From: Pocillopora damicornis
Lineage: Eukaryota
DNA length: 64,000 nt
Direction: 5' to 3'
Assembly: GCF_003704095.1 (NCBI RefSeq)
Contig: NW_020846532.1
Location: forward strand, 372,001 to 436,000
The notes beneath the pieces were generated by a model, which had not been told where the DNA came from, did not search any database, and saw only the letters and a list, made by a program, of their open reading frames with translations. A program made the translations under genes and the position numbers. Of this stretch, positions 33,101-47,500 are shown one piece after another. How positions within the stretch are numbered: the stretch's first letter is position 1; each line of letters opens with the position of its first letter.

Positions 33101-36100
33101 GTACAAGAGAAATAGATCGAAATCATTTAGAGACCTGACAGCGGTTCAAATCCTAAGTTTTTTTGATAATCTTGTTTTTATCTACCATTAATTAGCAACA
33201 GAAGCTAGACCTGTTTATGATATTTTAAGAGGTAATGAGCTTCAACGTGTTTATGATCCTCATTTGCAGAAAAGAGAAAAAAAATAGAAGCGGAGCTCTG
33301 TATACAAGAAGATATTCTATCCCAGTAGACCCTGATGGGGTTACCTGCGGAAGTTCCCACGCTAAACTGTTGTTCACATTCGCGAAAAGCTGGAACATTT
33401 GGGCTTGGGTAAATCGATAAATAATCGAAGCGATAGAAATTTAATTTATATGCCATTGCATTTATTGCATCAGTTGGTAAACAGTCCACTGTTAATTCGG
33501 AGTCGATAAGTGCAAGGAAATTTTAACTCTCGTAGTCTACAAATCAAACCACGTAAACATACTTGTAACCTTTAGATACGCTCTCTTCTCAGTATTTATG
33601 GAGCCTCATCTGAACTCTCGATGAAATGAAAGCACCGTCAACTGCGTCTCAGGTTTGCACAATCGTCTCGAATTCTACCAAATTCCCTGAGTTAAGAAAA
33701 ATAAATCAATGTCTAATCGCTCTAATGCTGTGTAACAGCTTATATAACTTAAGAATTCCCTTTGTGGCCCCGAGAGATGCTCGCAGCCTTCTCGTGCGTT
33801 TTAGAAGAAACTTTTGCATGATTTTGTACAAGGCATATGAAAAGACGATCCGCATTTTAACGTTGATTAAAATGATTAAAGGCGAAATTCAAAGAGAAAG
33901 TTTTAAAATGTTGCATTATGGGGAAGACACGGACAAGTCGCAATGAAAGTTCACCTCGTTTGTTATGGAAATTTTCCGGATAATCTTTGCCCTCGAGATA
34001 CAGTTTTGTTACTGAAACAAGTCGCTCAAATCTAATTGGTTTGCAAATGTGCAATGACCGCAGAATTAGAAACGGTGTCAGCGTCTTTCTGGCTAGGGTC
34101 ATAAATTGAAGTTTTTGCCAGCCTGGAGTATTTTTAGTTACGGAAATATTAATTTAAACTCGTATACTTAATTATACAAACCCAACATGATTTCACTTTC
34201 AAATGGAAACATTGTATAACATGAATTAAAAACCAACAATTAAACCCATCTTTTTTTAGTTATTTTGATTTATGGACAGTAAGATCCGCTGGGAGGCTTT
34301 AGTTTACTCAATATTCCCTAGGAATCACTTGTTTTTTCCGATGTTACATAAAAACAGTATGAAAATTCCATTTTCGTTGACTTCTAGTTTTCGTGTTGCT
34401 AGCTGTTACTGAATTGAATAGGGAGGATAAAAACTTCCAAATTCTCAGCTTGATATTGGTTTTTGGCGCCGACGATTGAAACTGAAAAAGCTGTCAATGA
34501 TTAGTTGAGCGCTGATTCAATTTTTGCTGGAGCAGCTGTTTTCCAATCATTTGACCAGACTACTGTAAGGTTTTCTTTATCAATTGCAGAATGTCATTAT
34601 TATTTTTCTCATATTGAAGGTGGTCTGAAGGTTTATAGAACCACGGTTTTCGTGAACTTCTTGTTGCATTAATTCGGTGCATGTTAAAATGGATTCAATA
34701 GCGAGAAATGCTTTGTTGTATAGATTAAAAAAACCTCCCGGGCTTGGGCTCCTTGGGTTTCTTTAAAAGTTTACAAAAAGCTCAAGTTTTCATTCATCTT
34801 TAACACAAAATTACCGTTACATATAAAAACCCGTCTAACAAATCCCTGTATGGGTGGTGGGTCGGTGAAAATCATTTACTTGTAAAATTACCCCGAATGT
34901 TTTTATACCGCTCGCTCCTGCATAAATTATTGTAAATCCATTTCCCCAGGTCACGCCGGTGCCATTTAACCCTCACGTTCTTTTGACACTTCCTCTTAAA
35001 ACCTGACAGGTCTTCATCTCGATTTGTCGCAATCACAGGAAGTTGGGCAGGTGTACTTCACAAATCTGTATAGTTCAAGGCAGAAGACTTCAGACTTGGT
35101 TAGTATTTGATGATTCCCTTGTTCAATTCACACAAAAAAAAATTCACGACATTTTGATCTTTATGTGTGAGTACTCAGTAAGAGAGGAATGCTCCTCTTG
35201 TTAGATGACAGATTTTCAAAGAGACGGGCATGCTTAAAAACAGTCTGAGAAATGTCGTGTCTAGCTTTTATGATAAGCATAACGTGACTTACGCCTAGTG
35301 TTTGGTTTGGTTTTTGCTCCGCCAGTATATTGTTCAAGGTTTAGGACTTTAGAGACCGTAACCTTGGAAATTTGTTTCACTTTTGTTCTTCCTCGTGTGT
35401 ATGTTTTGACTTTATTTACTTTGTGTGATGCGAACAAACATAGAAAGCAAAGGTTTGGTAATATTATCTGCGAATTAACGACAAGTGTTTCCTAGAAACA
35501 TGAATGGATACGTACATTTTTACCAAAGGATTTTAATTTTATACTTGAACTCTCATCACAGACGTTTTACGGGAGTCATTTTGTTGTTCCGTAAAATTTT
35601 CCTTCCAATAATCATCAGTTGGATGATATATATGAATATGCGTTTATTTTCAATACGAAATTTTTTTTTGTTTGATTTGACGACTGGGAATTAATGTCTA
35701 CAGATAGACTCATTTGCAAATTTTCCGTTTTTCATAGCATGCCTGTGTAAGATTTGAATATTTTAGTTGTAATGTCAAGTGTAGTTACAAAGGAGTGTCG
35801 TTTTTAAGAAGCAATTTCTTTAACTTTATCACAACAAGGAATCTTTCTTGTATAAAGCCTTTTAGAATTCCTTTCGGTTGTCAAATGCTACTTAAAAACG
35901 CCTGCTATATCACACAGAAGCGCGGTCTTTTTAGCTGACGATTATTTTGCTCGTCGCCAAAGTTTCTGCTTCCTTCAAGGGAAGGTCACTTGGGCAATTT
36001 TGATGCGCTAATTTTCATTTAGAGACCTCCATAAACACGAACACGAGGAAGGTACTAGCCTAGTGTATCTTTTCTATCGCGCTTTAAAGGAAGCAAAAAA

Positions 36101-38564
36101 CCGTATGAAGGCAAAGGCAAACGTTACCAGCAACGCAGACTTTTTTAATCAACAGCGTAAACAATAAAAGAGCGTTTGGCATAGGAAGCAATTCAAGAAT
36201 TAAACTTTGGAAGAAGGATAGTAATCGCCGAGATTAGAGTCGAGATGAGAGTTTTACTTGAGAGTGGAGATAATTTTTCGCTCTGAAATCCACACAACAT
36301 TTGTTAACGCACTATTCGGAAAGCAGGGTGAAGGATGATTGAGATTGAGATTAACCGGAACTATCACAGAATTTCAGTCAGTAGCTTTTGCGTTCGAGGA
36401 AAATCCTTTAATGGTTTGAAATTTGGTAAGTTTCCCAGGGCGCGGGACGGTCCATGAAACTGGCCAATCGCAAGAGTGGTTAAAAGGTGACGAGAATGAG
36501 CACAAATATTTATTAGGAAAGTGTTAGGTCCTGAGTAAAGGAAACGTCTGAAGGAGGAAGGAGGAAGTAGTGCAAGATATTAAGTTTGTTTTTCTTTTCC
36601 ATCGTTTATTATTGCTTTCGTATTTATTGATATGAAGTTTTCCTAGATGCTATCCTTGAGCCTATCCTTCGACCAAATTCAATTTTCCATGATCCATTTA
36701 TCTTCGTTTAATGCAAACACGAAGACAGTACTACTTCCTTTAATTACAGTTTTCTAAAGAAATCCCTTTTTGGTTTGTCCTTTTTAGTGTAAAATTTCGA
36801 TTTGAGAAAGATCCCGTACAATCTTCACCGGTAGGCGGCGTTGTGGGGGTTCCTATCAGTTGGAATCGTTAATTAAAAGGAGGCTTAGTCCTCGTAAAGG
36901 GCTCTTTATCAGTGACAATCAGCTAGCAAATTCTTAATGAAATATAAGGATTAAGTTGTCTGCAAACGTTTGCTAGAAGCTACCATACTATTGAAATAAT
37001 CGAAAGATGTTCAACATTCATTTTGTCTCGAGCGCGAGGAAAAAGATCTTTGAGTCCGTCGCAGGATACGAACCAGGTCTGATTTTGCAGTCGGCTTCTC
37101 ATGATTGAGCCACAGGGTTCCCACTAGCGAGCTTGGCTATGCACTACAGCAGATTCACGTGTGTAAATTGCTTTCCAGTTTTTGTTTATTTTCTGTGAAT
37201 GATTCACTTGTATCCAGCATAAAGCAACTGTTGAGGGTGTGAGGTTGTCAATCACATTGGATATCCTGATCTCCCTTCTTTTCGTTTGTTTGATTTTTGC
37301 TTATTTCAGTGTTTGGTTTCTGTTCGTGTGCTTGTTTGTTTTTGTTTTTGTTTCGTTTAAACACAACAAGGAGATTGTAGTGTAAGTGATTATATGAAGT
37401 AAATCCTCAAAAAAAATGTAGTCTTCGAAGCGGCTCCCTGACACCATTAGCAATAGAACCTATCACAGGTGAAATACGATTTCTCCGACATTTTATTTTA
37501 AATATACTTTGAGGTTAAGTGCTACGTTGAAATAATGAATTTTGTTCCTGAAAATGTTTTGGCCCCAACATGTGGCTTTGTAGCTCAGTAAGAAGAAACG
37601 CCCAAACAATACCTGGTATGAGGCATGGATAAATTTTTTGTGCAAGTTTTACCCCTTAATTGTGGTTTTATCTTCCGCGATTGCATTTTTCAACTTTCTT
37701 GTTAGGATAAATTTGTCATTTATCATTCAGAAGTCAAGTAGATGACTTACTTCATATATTATTGATGACGTTTACGTCTAGAGAATGGCTATGGGGTTCT
37801 CGGTGACGGTGACTTTATCTCCTTTTGGAAGCAATTGTCTGAAACTGCAATTCGTGTGTTTAATGCAGTCTCATGTGTCATGCATTTGGAGGGTGATATA
37901 AAACATTTCCTAATTACGCCTGTGGGAATCAGTTTAACGTGCTCTGTCGGTAAGATAAGTTTAAATAAACCAAATTTTAAAGCTTTCTTTAATTTGTAAG
38001 TGCGTATTTTACCGCGTAATTGCATAGCTCTAAAAACCTGAAACGTAACAAATCTCGGAAGAGATTTTGGCTGTATGCATAAACAGGAACACTACATTGT
38101 TATTCACTGCGATCATATTATCTTTTCCTGTCCACGAGGCTGATAAATGCAGTATAATCGATCGTGGTGGAGAATAGGTGTTCCATGATGCAATTAGTGT
38201 AATTCAATTTTTTTTTTTAGACTTGTCTCACTGTATTTTTTCTCCCTTTTCAGAAGGTCCTGAAAATTAACGCGTCGCCTGAAGAAATACTCAGCGATGG
38301 CCCAAAGAGCGGTAAAATAAACACCGGATGCATTTGATAATTCAAACTACTTTGTTGTAGCAAGAAAACCGGATAACTTGTATTTGCGACCTAGCCTTGT
38401 TTTCTGCGGAATTGAGGACGTTTTTGCAAGCATCATCGACAGATACATTAGCAGACACGTTATCATCTCTTGAATGAAGCAAATTTAACCGACGCATATC
38501 TAGTAAACCGCACTTGATTCGAAAGCCTGAAACACTTCTGCCTGTCAGAGATACGAGAACAATC

Positions 38565-41500
38565 ATGACACGAAAACGAACTACACTCGCGCATAAGATT
38601 TCCCTAGTCTTACTACTGATGCTTGTGTCTAGAGCTGAAGCAAACTATACTCTGGGCTTGCTTATTCCTATGACTGATGCGGATTACCCAGAGAATGGGC
38701 AATATTATGCTTCCGCGATGAGTATTGCGGTGGATGCTGTAAACAGACAGCAGAACCTCTTACCAGGTCATAACATTTCTTTTATTTGGAACGACACTGC
38801 GTGCTGGAAGGAAGATACGACCATTCGTGGGTTGTTGCACCAGATGTACGAAGCTAACGTTGCAGCGATTATTGGACCGGCTTGTTTGTGTAATACTTCT
38901 GCCCGTATTGCGGCTTCCTTTGACCTTCCCATGATTTCTTACGTAAGTACACATTTTGAGTTTATTCGTTTAGTCAAGTGTATGAATAGGCACGGTCCTT
39001 TATTGTTTGCCTTTCTCAAGCTTTGTATTTTCAACCAATGTGGGTTTTTATCAAGGAAAATCAACTGAAACAGTTTCATTTTTCTCACCTATGTTTGTAA
39101 CACCTTTTCCGTAATGAAATTCTTCTTAGTTAATTTATCGTTTTCATATTAGCATGTTCAAGGAAAATCGTAAGAGGTTTACATCCCGCGGTAAATTTAG
39201 ACCGCAACACCTGGTTTTAATCAGTGAAGAAACTCCTAAATTTTTTAATAACGGAAATCTCTTCTCCTTTGCTATCCTTGAACCATAACCCTGAATGCAC
39301 TGAACTCTTGGTTCAATCGAATTTTTCTCGCAGATGGCCTCGCCTTTTTTCCTTGGTACTTTATTTTATTTTTTTTTTCGGTTTCCTCGACATTTGATAA
39401 TATTCTTACTATTTTGGCCCTCATCGTTGGGTATCGCTTCAGGGTGCCAATAAGCCAAAGCTCTCACGCCTTTTGAAAGGCTTGCCACAAACTCCAAAGG
39501 TTACATTGTCTGTGTTTTTAGGCTCAGCATGTTGCGTTTGATTAGTTTTTCTCCATTTGGAATAACCGCAACTGTTTGTTAGGTACATAAAATTAATCAA
39601 TCTAGCTTAAATTGATATAACCACTGTATCGAAATCACTGTTTAACTGTAACCCGAAAGAGAGGAAATTTTCGGTTTCCGCCAATGCTGATCGGGAAACC
39701 TGAAAAAGGAAACCTAGGGGGCATCGATTGTGAAATTTTTAAATGAAATAAAGTTGAGAATTTATGAAAGCGCATCAGGTGAGGGGAGAAATACAAAAGC
39801 TCTCCGACTGTCCAATAGAAAGAACGTATGAATAGTGGTTAGATGTGACTTAATATTTTTTCTCTGCCATAAATATTAACATTGCATTGTCTTTGATTTC
39901 GTATTCATACTGCAAATGAAAGTCGGCCCCATTTCAAACTTTATTTCCGTTCACCCCAAAACTTTTCCTTTTTTCGTGACTTCAACATAATTAAAGCTGA
40001 ATTTTATTTCGGGACGGATTCATGTTTTTGTCATTGTGCACATATTTTTCCGGCTCTTTCTATGGAAGATACAAAGAGAGGTTTATGGTGATGTTTAATT
40101 CAAGTTTGGGCAGAAAGGAGTCTAGCCTCCTGCAGCGATCACGGGGAAGAGTTATGAATAATATTATTAATGTGAAGTTCATCAAAACAAGTTGTTTGTC
40201 ATCATGTTTCAACCATCTGCTCTTTTTAAAGAAAAGAAAAATTTTTGTTACACTCTATTTCAAACATAGCGACATCAGTACATTGTTATTACTCATTATT
40301 GCCTCAATGAGTGAAGATTTAAGTTATCAGGTGCTCCTCGAGATTCAATTGGAATCGTGGCCACTAAATTAATGCTTCAATTATCTTTCTGAGAGGTGAA
40401 ATTGGAATTCATTTCATCAGTTAAAATGAAAGGGCCTGCATAAGAATTTTGACGCTGCCCTGAACGATTATCAGCAGGTGATTACATGTCTTTAAAAATC
40501 TAGTACAACCAATTTTTTTTTTTTTGGGGGGGGGAGCTCCTTTCCTAAACTTGGACCTTCCAACTGTCCTCAGAAACTTAAGACGGTAAAGAAAGACATC
40601 GCGTCAGGCTTCCCTCACACGGGGTGAGGGAGGGGGTGGGGAAGGTTTTCTTATCTCGAAATCGTTGGAGTGTATAATTAGCCCTCTCTAGGGTCCGTTA
40701 TCTTGAGATGCAGTCGGATAGTTCTAGAAAAAAGTAATCGGGACAGTCTGCGTGTGCAGAGTGGCTTATGGACTTTGTACAGGGGGTGAGTGTCCGATAG
40801 CAGACCTACAAAGGAGTACTTTGCATATCCTTTCTCGTGGTTTGTGATGTAAAGACTTGTTCCTTCTAAAAAAAAGGGAGTGAATGAAAGAAAAGAAAAA
40901 CCTGTTCAGGCCACCGTGTTTACAAATCATTTCATCCAATCATGACTATTTTCTTCTTGATTATCTCAGTTATGTAGCAGTCCGGAACTTTTAAACAAGG
41001 AGCTTTACTCTACGTTTGTAAGAACGTACACCCAAACTACTAAACTTGCCGAGAGCGTTTGGTTGTTACTTAAGGAGTTCAATTGGTACAAAGTGGGTAT
41101 TGCGTTCGAGCGACTTCCTCCTTGGAGTAACAGAAAGGACGATATTGTAAAGTTTCTTAAGATGAGAGGGGTTGAGATCCGAATTGAGAGAGAGATTCCA
41201 GATGAGGTTCAAGAACGTGAGAATCATCCGGCTAAAATCAGACAGCTCATGGAAGAAATGAAACCGCAAGCGCGCAGTAAGTGTTTTTGGTTACGAGGAA
41301 GATTTAACAAACGCATCGGGTGATGGTGGGTTGATGCTAATTGTGTGCCGAGAGTTGAGGGGTGGGGATTGCAGGTTTTGGATACATGGTCATTTAGAGC
41401 TTGTTTTCAGTCAAAAGGGGCTTCATGGAAGAGGTCCTTTCAGCTCAGAATTGTTTTCTTTATTCCATGCTTGTGATAAGGCCAAAAGAGATATTTCTTC

Positions 41501-44500
41501 AAACAGAAACTTGGGAATTATGACGTCATCTATGCATCTGTCCTCCGATAGACCAAAAATAAGAACCAATCATAATGCGTGGGTAATATTACATAAATAT
41601 TTAACAATTATTCCTTGAGCGCGCGTTGGCTATAACCAACTTCGTATCTTACAAGCGCGAATGGAATAATTTTTTTACTAATTTCGTGAAAATCTCGAAC
41701 GTCTGGATATTTGGCGCTTCTTTTCAGCTCCGCAACAGTTGGCGCGATGCATTTCCATACAAGGTGATTAAGAATATGAGTGAACCAGTATGAGTGAACC
41801 AATCAGAACACTAGATATGCATTATTTGCAGTTGGAAATTTAATTAAAGTAGATATTCATATTATTCCTTTTTTTGTAGTAATTATCATTGCTGCTAATT
41901 TCTACACTGCCCGTCAGATGATTCTTCCTGCTTACGAGCTCGGGTTCACCAATGGTGACTATGCGTTTATCACGTTCGAACTGGATTACAATGCAGTCTT
42001 ACGCGGACAGGCTTCCCCTCATTCTTGGTTCCTCGTCCGTACGGATGGGACCGATAGGTTCCGATGCAAGATTCAGGAAGGGTTTGAATCTGTGCTAACG
42101 CTTGCACTGGACGTCGACGAAAACAGAGGAGCCTTCGACATTTTTCAGACCGACGTCAAGAAACGTTCGCCTGAAGTGCCTTTTCCTAACAGTTCCGCCT
42201 ACCAAGGATATATTTTTGACAATCCCTCCTTTTTACCACGTAACACAACCACGGTAAGTATCCGATTTTTATTTCTAACAGACAGAGCTGAAAAGCGTCC
42301 GCGTTTATGATGGAATTCGTCTGGTTTCAGAAGTTTTTTGTGCTATTATTTGCACTTGAAGCACTACCTGGCCGATGTTTGTGTTCTACGATAAACGTCT
42401 CCAAAAGATATCTCATAACCTAGTCCACTGACTGTCTGTGAAGAAATCTTAAGATATAACTCATCCGCGTACGTCTTCACCACAGCTTACGCGAAGCAAA
42501 AAATGTCGCCGTATGTAATTTTTCTGAGACTCTGGCATTTTTCTATATTGTTTCTAGTCTTCCTGCTTGTTTCCGTGAAAATTTAGGGTAAGCGCTGACG
42601 TATTTCAGTCGTTTCTTTCTTCGAGCCTCTTTCTGAAGTTTATCCAGATTTCCTCGCTCCTTTTCAAAAATAGTATTCCAAATACCATTGCGACCTAGAA
42701 ATGGTGTTCAAGGGAAGCTTTCTTGTGGAGTGTCAACTGTTGAAAACAATTTTTTTCAATTTAGTTGTTTATAAAGTGCTGTATTTAGCACGGAAAGGAG
42801 GTAATTCCTCTCGCGAACGCGAATGTTAACTCTTAATTTCATAAGGTTATTAATCTACCTCATAAGCTGTCCCTCAGCAGAACTATTTTACTTTTTCTTG
42901 AAAATCGTCATTAGCCTTTTTTCACTCCACTGTGTAATCTGACTGAAACAGTTTTGGGATTAATGCCTTCAATTTCAATCTGCAGCCACCAATGTATGCA
43001 GCCTTCCTTTACGATGCAGTCTACCAGTATGCCATCGCATTGAACGAGACAATAGCTCGGAACGAGAAACCAAACGGGAAAAACATCATTTCCAAGCTAC
43101 TGAACAGGGAATACGACAGTAAGTAGTGTGAAGTTACTCCACATTGGATGAAAAGCTTGAAGGGTTTAGATCATATGTACCTTAGAACCTCTCCACCATT
43201 TAGGTAAGTCCTTGATCGTGAAACAGAACAATTTTTTTTATTTTTCACTGACCACACTTTAAAGTTGAGCAGTGCTAACCATAAGCTTCGCTAAATCCTC
43301 AGCTCGACTTTCTATTCTCGTTACTCGCCGTAAAGATCTTTTTTCTACTCCTTTGGCAGGTATCGGTGGTCAGCGAGTTTTCATTGACAAGAATGGAGCT
43401 GCTGAAGTTGACCTGGTCCTTTTTGACATGCGCTGGGAATTCACAAGTACGTTGATATTAGACTTATTTCATGATCGACTGAAGCAGGTTGTGTAAACTT
43501 ATGAGAGGGGTCATGCATCATTGAAGTAGTTATATGGCATTTCTGATTAAAAGTTTTTCTTACCTTCGCTCTCATGCTATTTCAACTCACGTCCTCTTGT
43601 TTTAAGATTCTGTTTAGAGTCCTGAACTTAACCGTATGAAAAAAATATGGGAAAATTTCAAATACTAATTTAGAGAAGTGCCCGTTACATTTGATTCAGC
43701 ATAGTCGCACTTTTCTTCATTGCACATCTTGGCGATCAGCTTATACATTGAGAAATTACGCAAACGCAAAAAAGGTTGCTCTTAAGAATCTCGAAACGTT
43801 GTCAGTTTCATTATTTTTCAGTTTCGGTTATTTTAAAAAAAATTTATCCGCCGACGATTGCTTCGTTTCTTGAGACAATAAATGATTCATGCAGATTTTC
43901 TCGGCTATCACAGGAGAAAATTGCCCAAATAATGCCTCTAACACTGCAACCATGGTACCGGTCGGATACTTTAGGGTCACCTATACCAACAGCAGCGAAG
44001 TCAGCTTTTCCTTCAAGCTCTCACAGAATGAAAAGATCGAATGGCCAGGAGGTTCTCCGCCTGAGGATAGCCCAAAGTGCGGTTTTGATAATGATAAATG
44101 TAACCCCCCGGATTCTCCTGTTGGTGAAAGTGGTATGACAATTTATTACATGACTGGCTCTGCGATTCCAATCTTTCCTACTTGGGAGACACGCGTGGAA
44201 CAAGGGAAATATGAATCCAAACAAATAATGTTACCTTTTAGCCTTAGGATAAAATATTTTTGTCCGAGCTGAGCTAGATATTGATATCGCTTTTTGTTAC
44301 GTGTCGTAAAACTCCGCTTCGTCTTGGCCCCTAATACGAGGCGACCTCACGCTGGGTGGTTGGTCCTTAAACACTCGGATACCTTGGGATCGATTTATAC
44401 CTTCCCTAAAAATGAAAAAAAAAAAGAATGTCATCCGGCATCGATCCGTTTTTAAAGGTGGATTGAAAATGTGTTTTGATGCATTATGGTTGAGATAACC

Positions 44501-47500
44501 AAACTTTTCTCAATGAGTTTGAAACGCCGTTATCCGGGTGGTAGTACGCTGAACTCCGGTTCGAGAAGTCCGCAGTGCCGCTCCGACTGAAGTGAATTGG
44601 TATGACGCGTCACTCGTCGAGCGCCCCTCTTTACCCAGGATTAATGCATGCAGATAGCAGCCATGTGTGTTACCTTACAATGCTAGAGGAATTTATGGTA
44701 CCTTCATGCTGCTGACATCGAGATATAAAGAATTTACCGAAGTTAAGTAGGACTTGTGCGTTTATCTCGTATTTCTAATTTTTTATTTGTTCCTTTAGTG
44801 AAAATGGCGATCATCGCTGGAATATCTGGCTTTGCTGGTCTTCTCATTCTCCTGTTTGGCGTCAGCAGGATAAGGTTGGTTTCGCTGGTTATTAAATGTT
44901 TTTCACCTTGTGATAAGGTTAAAACAACCATGTCTCTATACTGCAAAACGAAAATTATTTCCAAATGTGCGGAACACTCGACTATTGACATCGCAGTTTT
45001 GGATCTTGCTCAGCAGCCTGGCCTCACATCTCTGACGTAAGGAAGTTTCAATCCTCTCCCTCTTCCAATTAGGAGCTACGCTAATCGACATTACTGATAA
45101 TGACGATTTTTCTTTTTGATCTTGCGAAAAACAGAGCAGTAGTTTGCAATCCGCGTAAAAAGTTTTAACGCGTGGTGCAATTCGTCGAGTTGTTTTCAAT
45201 TGGTGGCGTTTAAATATGATGTATTTGAGAACAATTTTAACCGCGGTCTGGTTGCTTGCTGTGCACCGGTTAGGTTCTCTTTAAGATGATTCTGGTAGTC
45301 ATATGTGGTTTATTTTCCTCAGACAAATTAGGTTGGAGAAAGAGCTGAAGAGTTTACTTTGGAAAATAAATTATGAGGAAATTGCCCTTAAAAGATCACA
45401 TACAGGTCCAGCCGCGTTTACAGATGATGAACACTTTGATTTACCCAAAGACACGGAGGTACATGTGTTTTTTCAATTTTTATAATGGTGATGACCGCTT
45501 AGACGAAGATGTTCACGATGGTACTAATAACAAAAACTGACAATGGGAATGACGATTACATGGCTATAACGATGGCACTGATCATGACGAAGGGGATTAT
45601 GATGTCATGAGAGCACAGGACAGGTCGTGATATATCGCCGGGGGGGAGGAGTCGGGGAGTTTTGGTTCCGTCACAATAATATTTACCTGGTCCCCCTTAA
45701 GGCTCTGCAATATTTTCATGATTTCCGCTCACTGGCAGTTAATTGGCAGTCAAGTTGACTTAAATTTTAAACAAGCGATGAGGTATAGGAATTAATGTGA
45801 CTTACTCTTAAAATGGTCAAGGGCTCATTTTAAAACATTTTTTTTTTAGGAATACACATCAATTGATCCATAGTACTGTTGACTCATAATTTTCGTTCTG
45901 ACTCTGTTACAGGAAACGGAAGCACCATTGCTGATGGATTCATTCATGAATGGTGACATTATTGGCGACTCCACCCGTTTTGGATTTTTTAAGGTTAGGT
46001 TTTAGAAGTAGTCAGGTGCTTTACCTGTAGATAAAGTCATGTCATATTTTTTTCTAATGTTCTCTGCCTTAAACGAATATGGAAGCGATCCTCGCAGTTA
46101 TGAATACTTCTTGGGTAGTCGTGAAAATGAGGCTCGTACGGGATTTGAACTCATGACCTCTGCGATACCCGTGCAGCGCTCTACCAACTGAGCCAACAAG
46201 CCAACTGGGAGCTGGTCATTAGGTTGGTTCCAAATAAACCCTCGAAGTGGAGAATAAATGACTGTAAATATTAGAAAATCATATATATGAACTGCGGTTG
46301 AAGAAACTATGCCTAACTTTTTTCGCACCAGGGAACCTCAGTTGTTGTTAAGCGAGTTGGGACAAAACATGTTGACTTGACACGTTCAGTGCTCTTAGAA
46401 ATGAAACAGGTAAATTGAGTTTCTATTGATACCACTGCCCACTTATTTGTCATTCGCTTGTTGTGTTATTCAAATATTTATCATAAGTAGTCGATTATTA
46501 ATGTTATAGTCTCTTATGAATTTTATTCCCTTTTTTTTTTTGCACGCAGATGCTTGATATCCGTCACGATAACCTTTCGCACTTTATTGGTGCTACCGCT
46601 GATCCTCCGAATATTTGCATCGTGTCTGAATTCTACTCTCGTGGGAGTCTTCAGGTAAGTGTCCAATATCGGACGGTTGCCTTTAGCTTACTCAGTGATA
46701 ACATCTTGGGCTTGCCAATCTGGTTCTTTGTATAGTTTAGCAATTGAAAAGGTTATTGTGAAGGTCTCACATGATCCTAAATTGCTACTATTTTTGTGGG
46801 AGTATTGAGATTTTACTGTGCCATAAATATATTATGATTATTAATATTATTACTATCACCAAATTTTAAGCTTTAATCAAATAGATACGAATTGGTCAAA
46901 AGAAAACCGCAAATCGTATTTCTCCGTAGTCGTGCTTGCTTCTATGCTGTTATTGTGCTTCTTCGAGTTTGATGTCTTCTTACGCTTTATTTCTGCTAGG
47001 AAATCCTGGAGAATAAAGATGTAAAATTGGATCACATGTTCATCTGTTCACTTGTTAATGACATCGCGAAGGTAATCAAGATCGATAACTTAGTGTTTGC
47101 GCCGTAACCACAACCACGAAAATCGCCAAAACCTGTTTCGAAAAACTACTGGCACTGGACAATAATTTCCGAAGATAGCCGAATGTTACGGACTAAAACT
47201 AACACTTGCCTACTTACACCACCATGACAAAACCCATTATCCTTTAACCCTCAGAAGTGATTATACATATATCTTCTCCCCGTAATCTCCACACATTATC
47301 CAGCCAACATGTAATGAGAATACTAAAAACTTATCAGGTAGAAGTTAGTAGTCTTGATTTAACACCAAATTCTCGTGACTTGTTTACAAGGAAATGTGTA
47401 GTAGCCAGAGGGGAGAATTAACAATCAGATCTTGGGAGTTAAAGGGTTATGAGACTATAGCCGCACAAAAATGAAATATTAAAGAATTTTGTCGGTAAAC

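Noticed and set aside
34735-34760. Twister-ribozyme-like CCCAAGCCCGG on the minus strand
   Set aside because: Flanking conserved elements and pseudoknot partners are not evident.
46131-46202. Functional tRNA gene
   Set aside because: A and B boxes are present, but the anticodon arm and acceptor stem are irregular and the sequence is embedded in a longer repeat unit. It is better explained as a tRNA-derived SINE.
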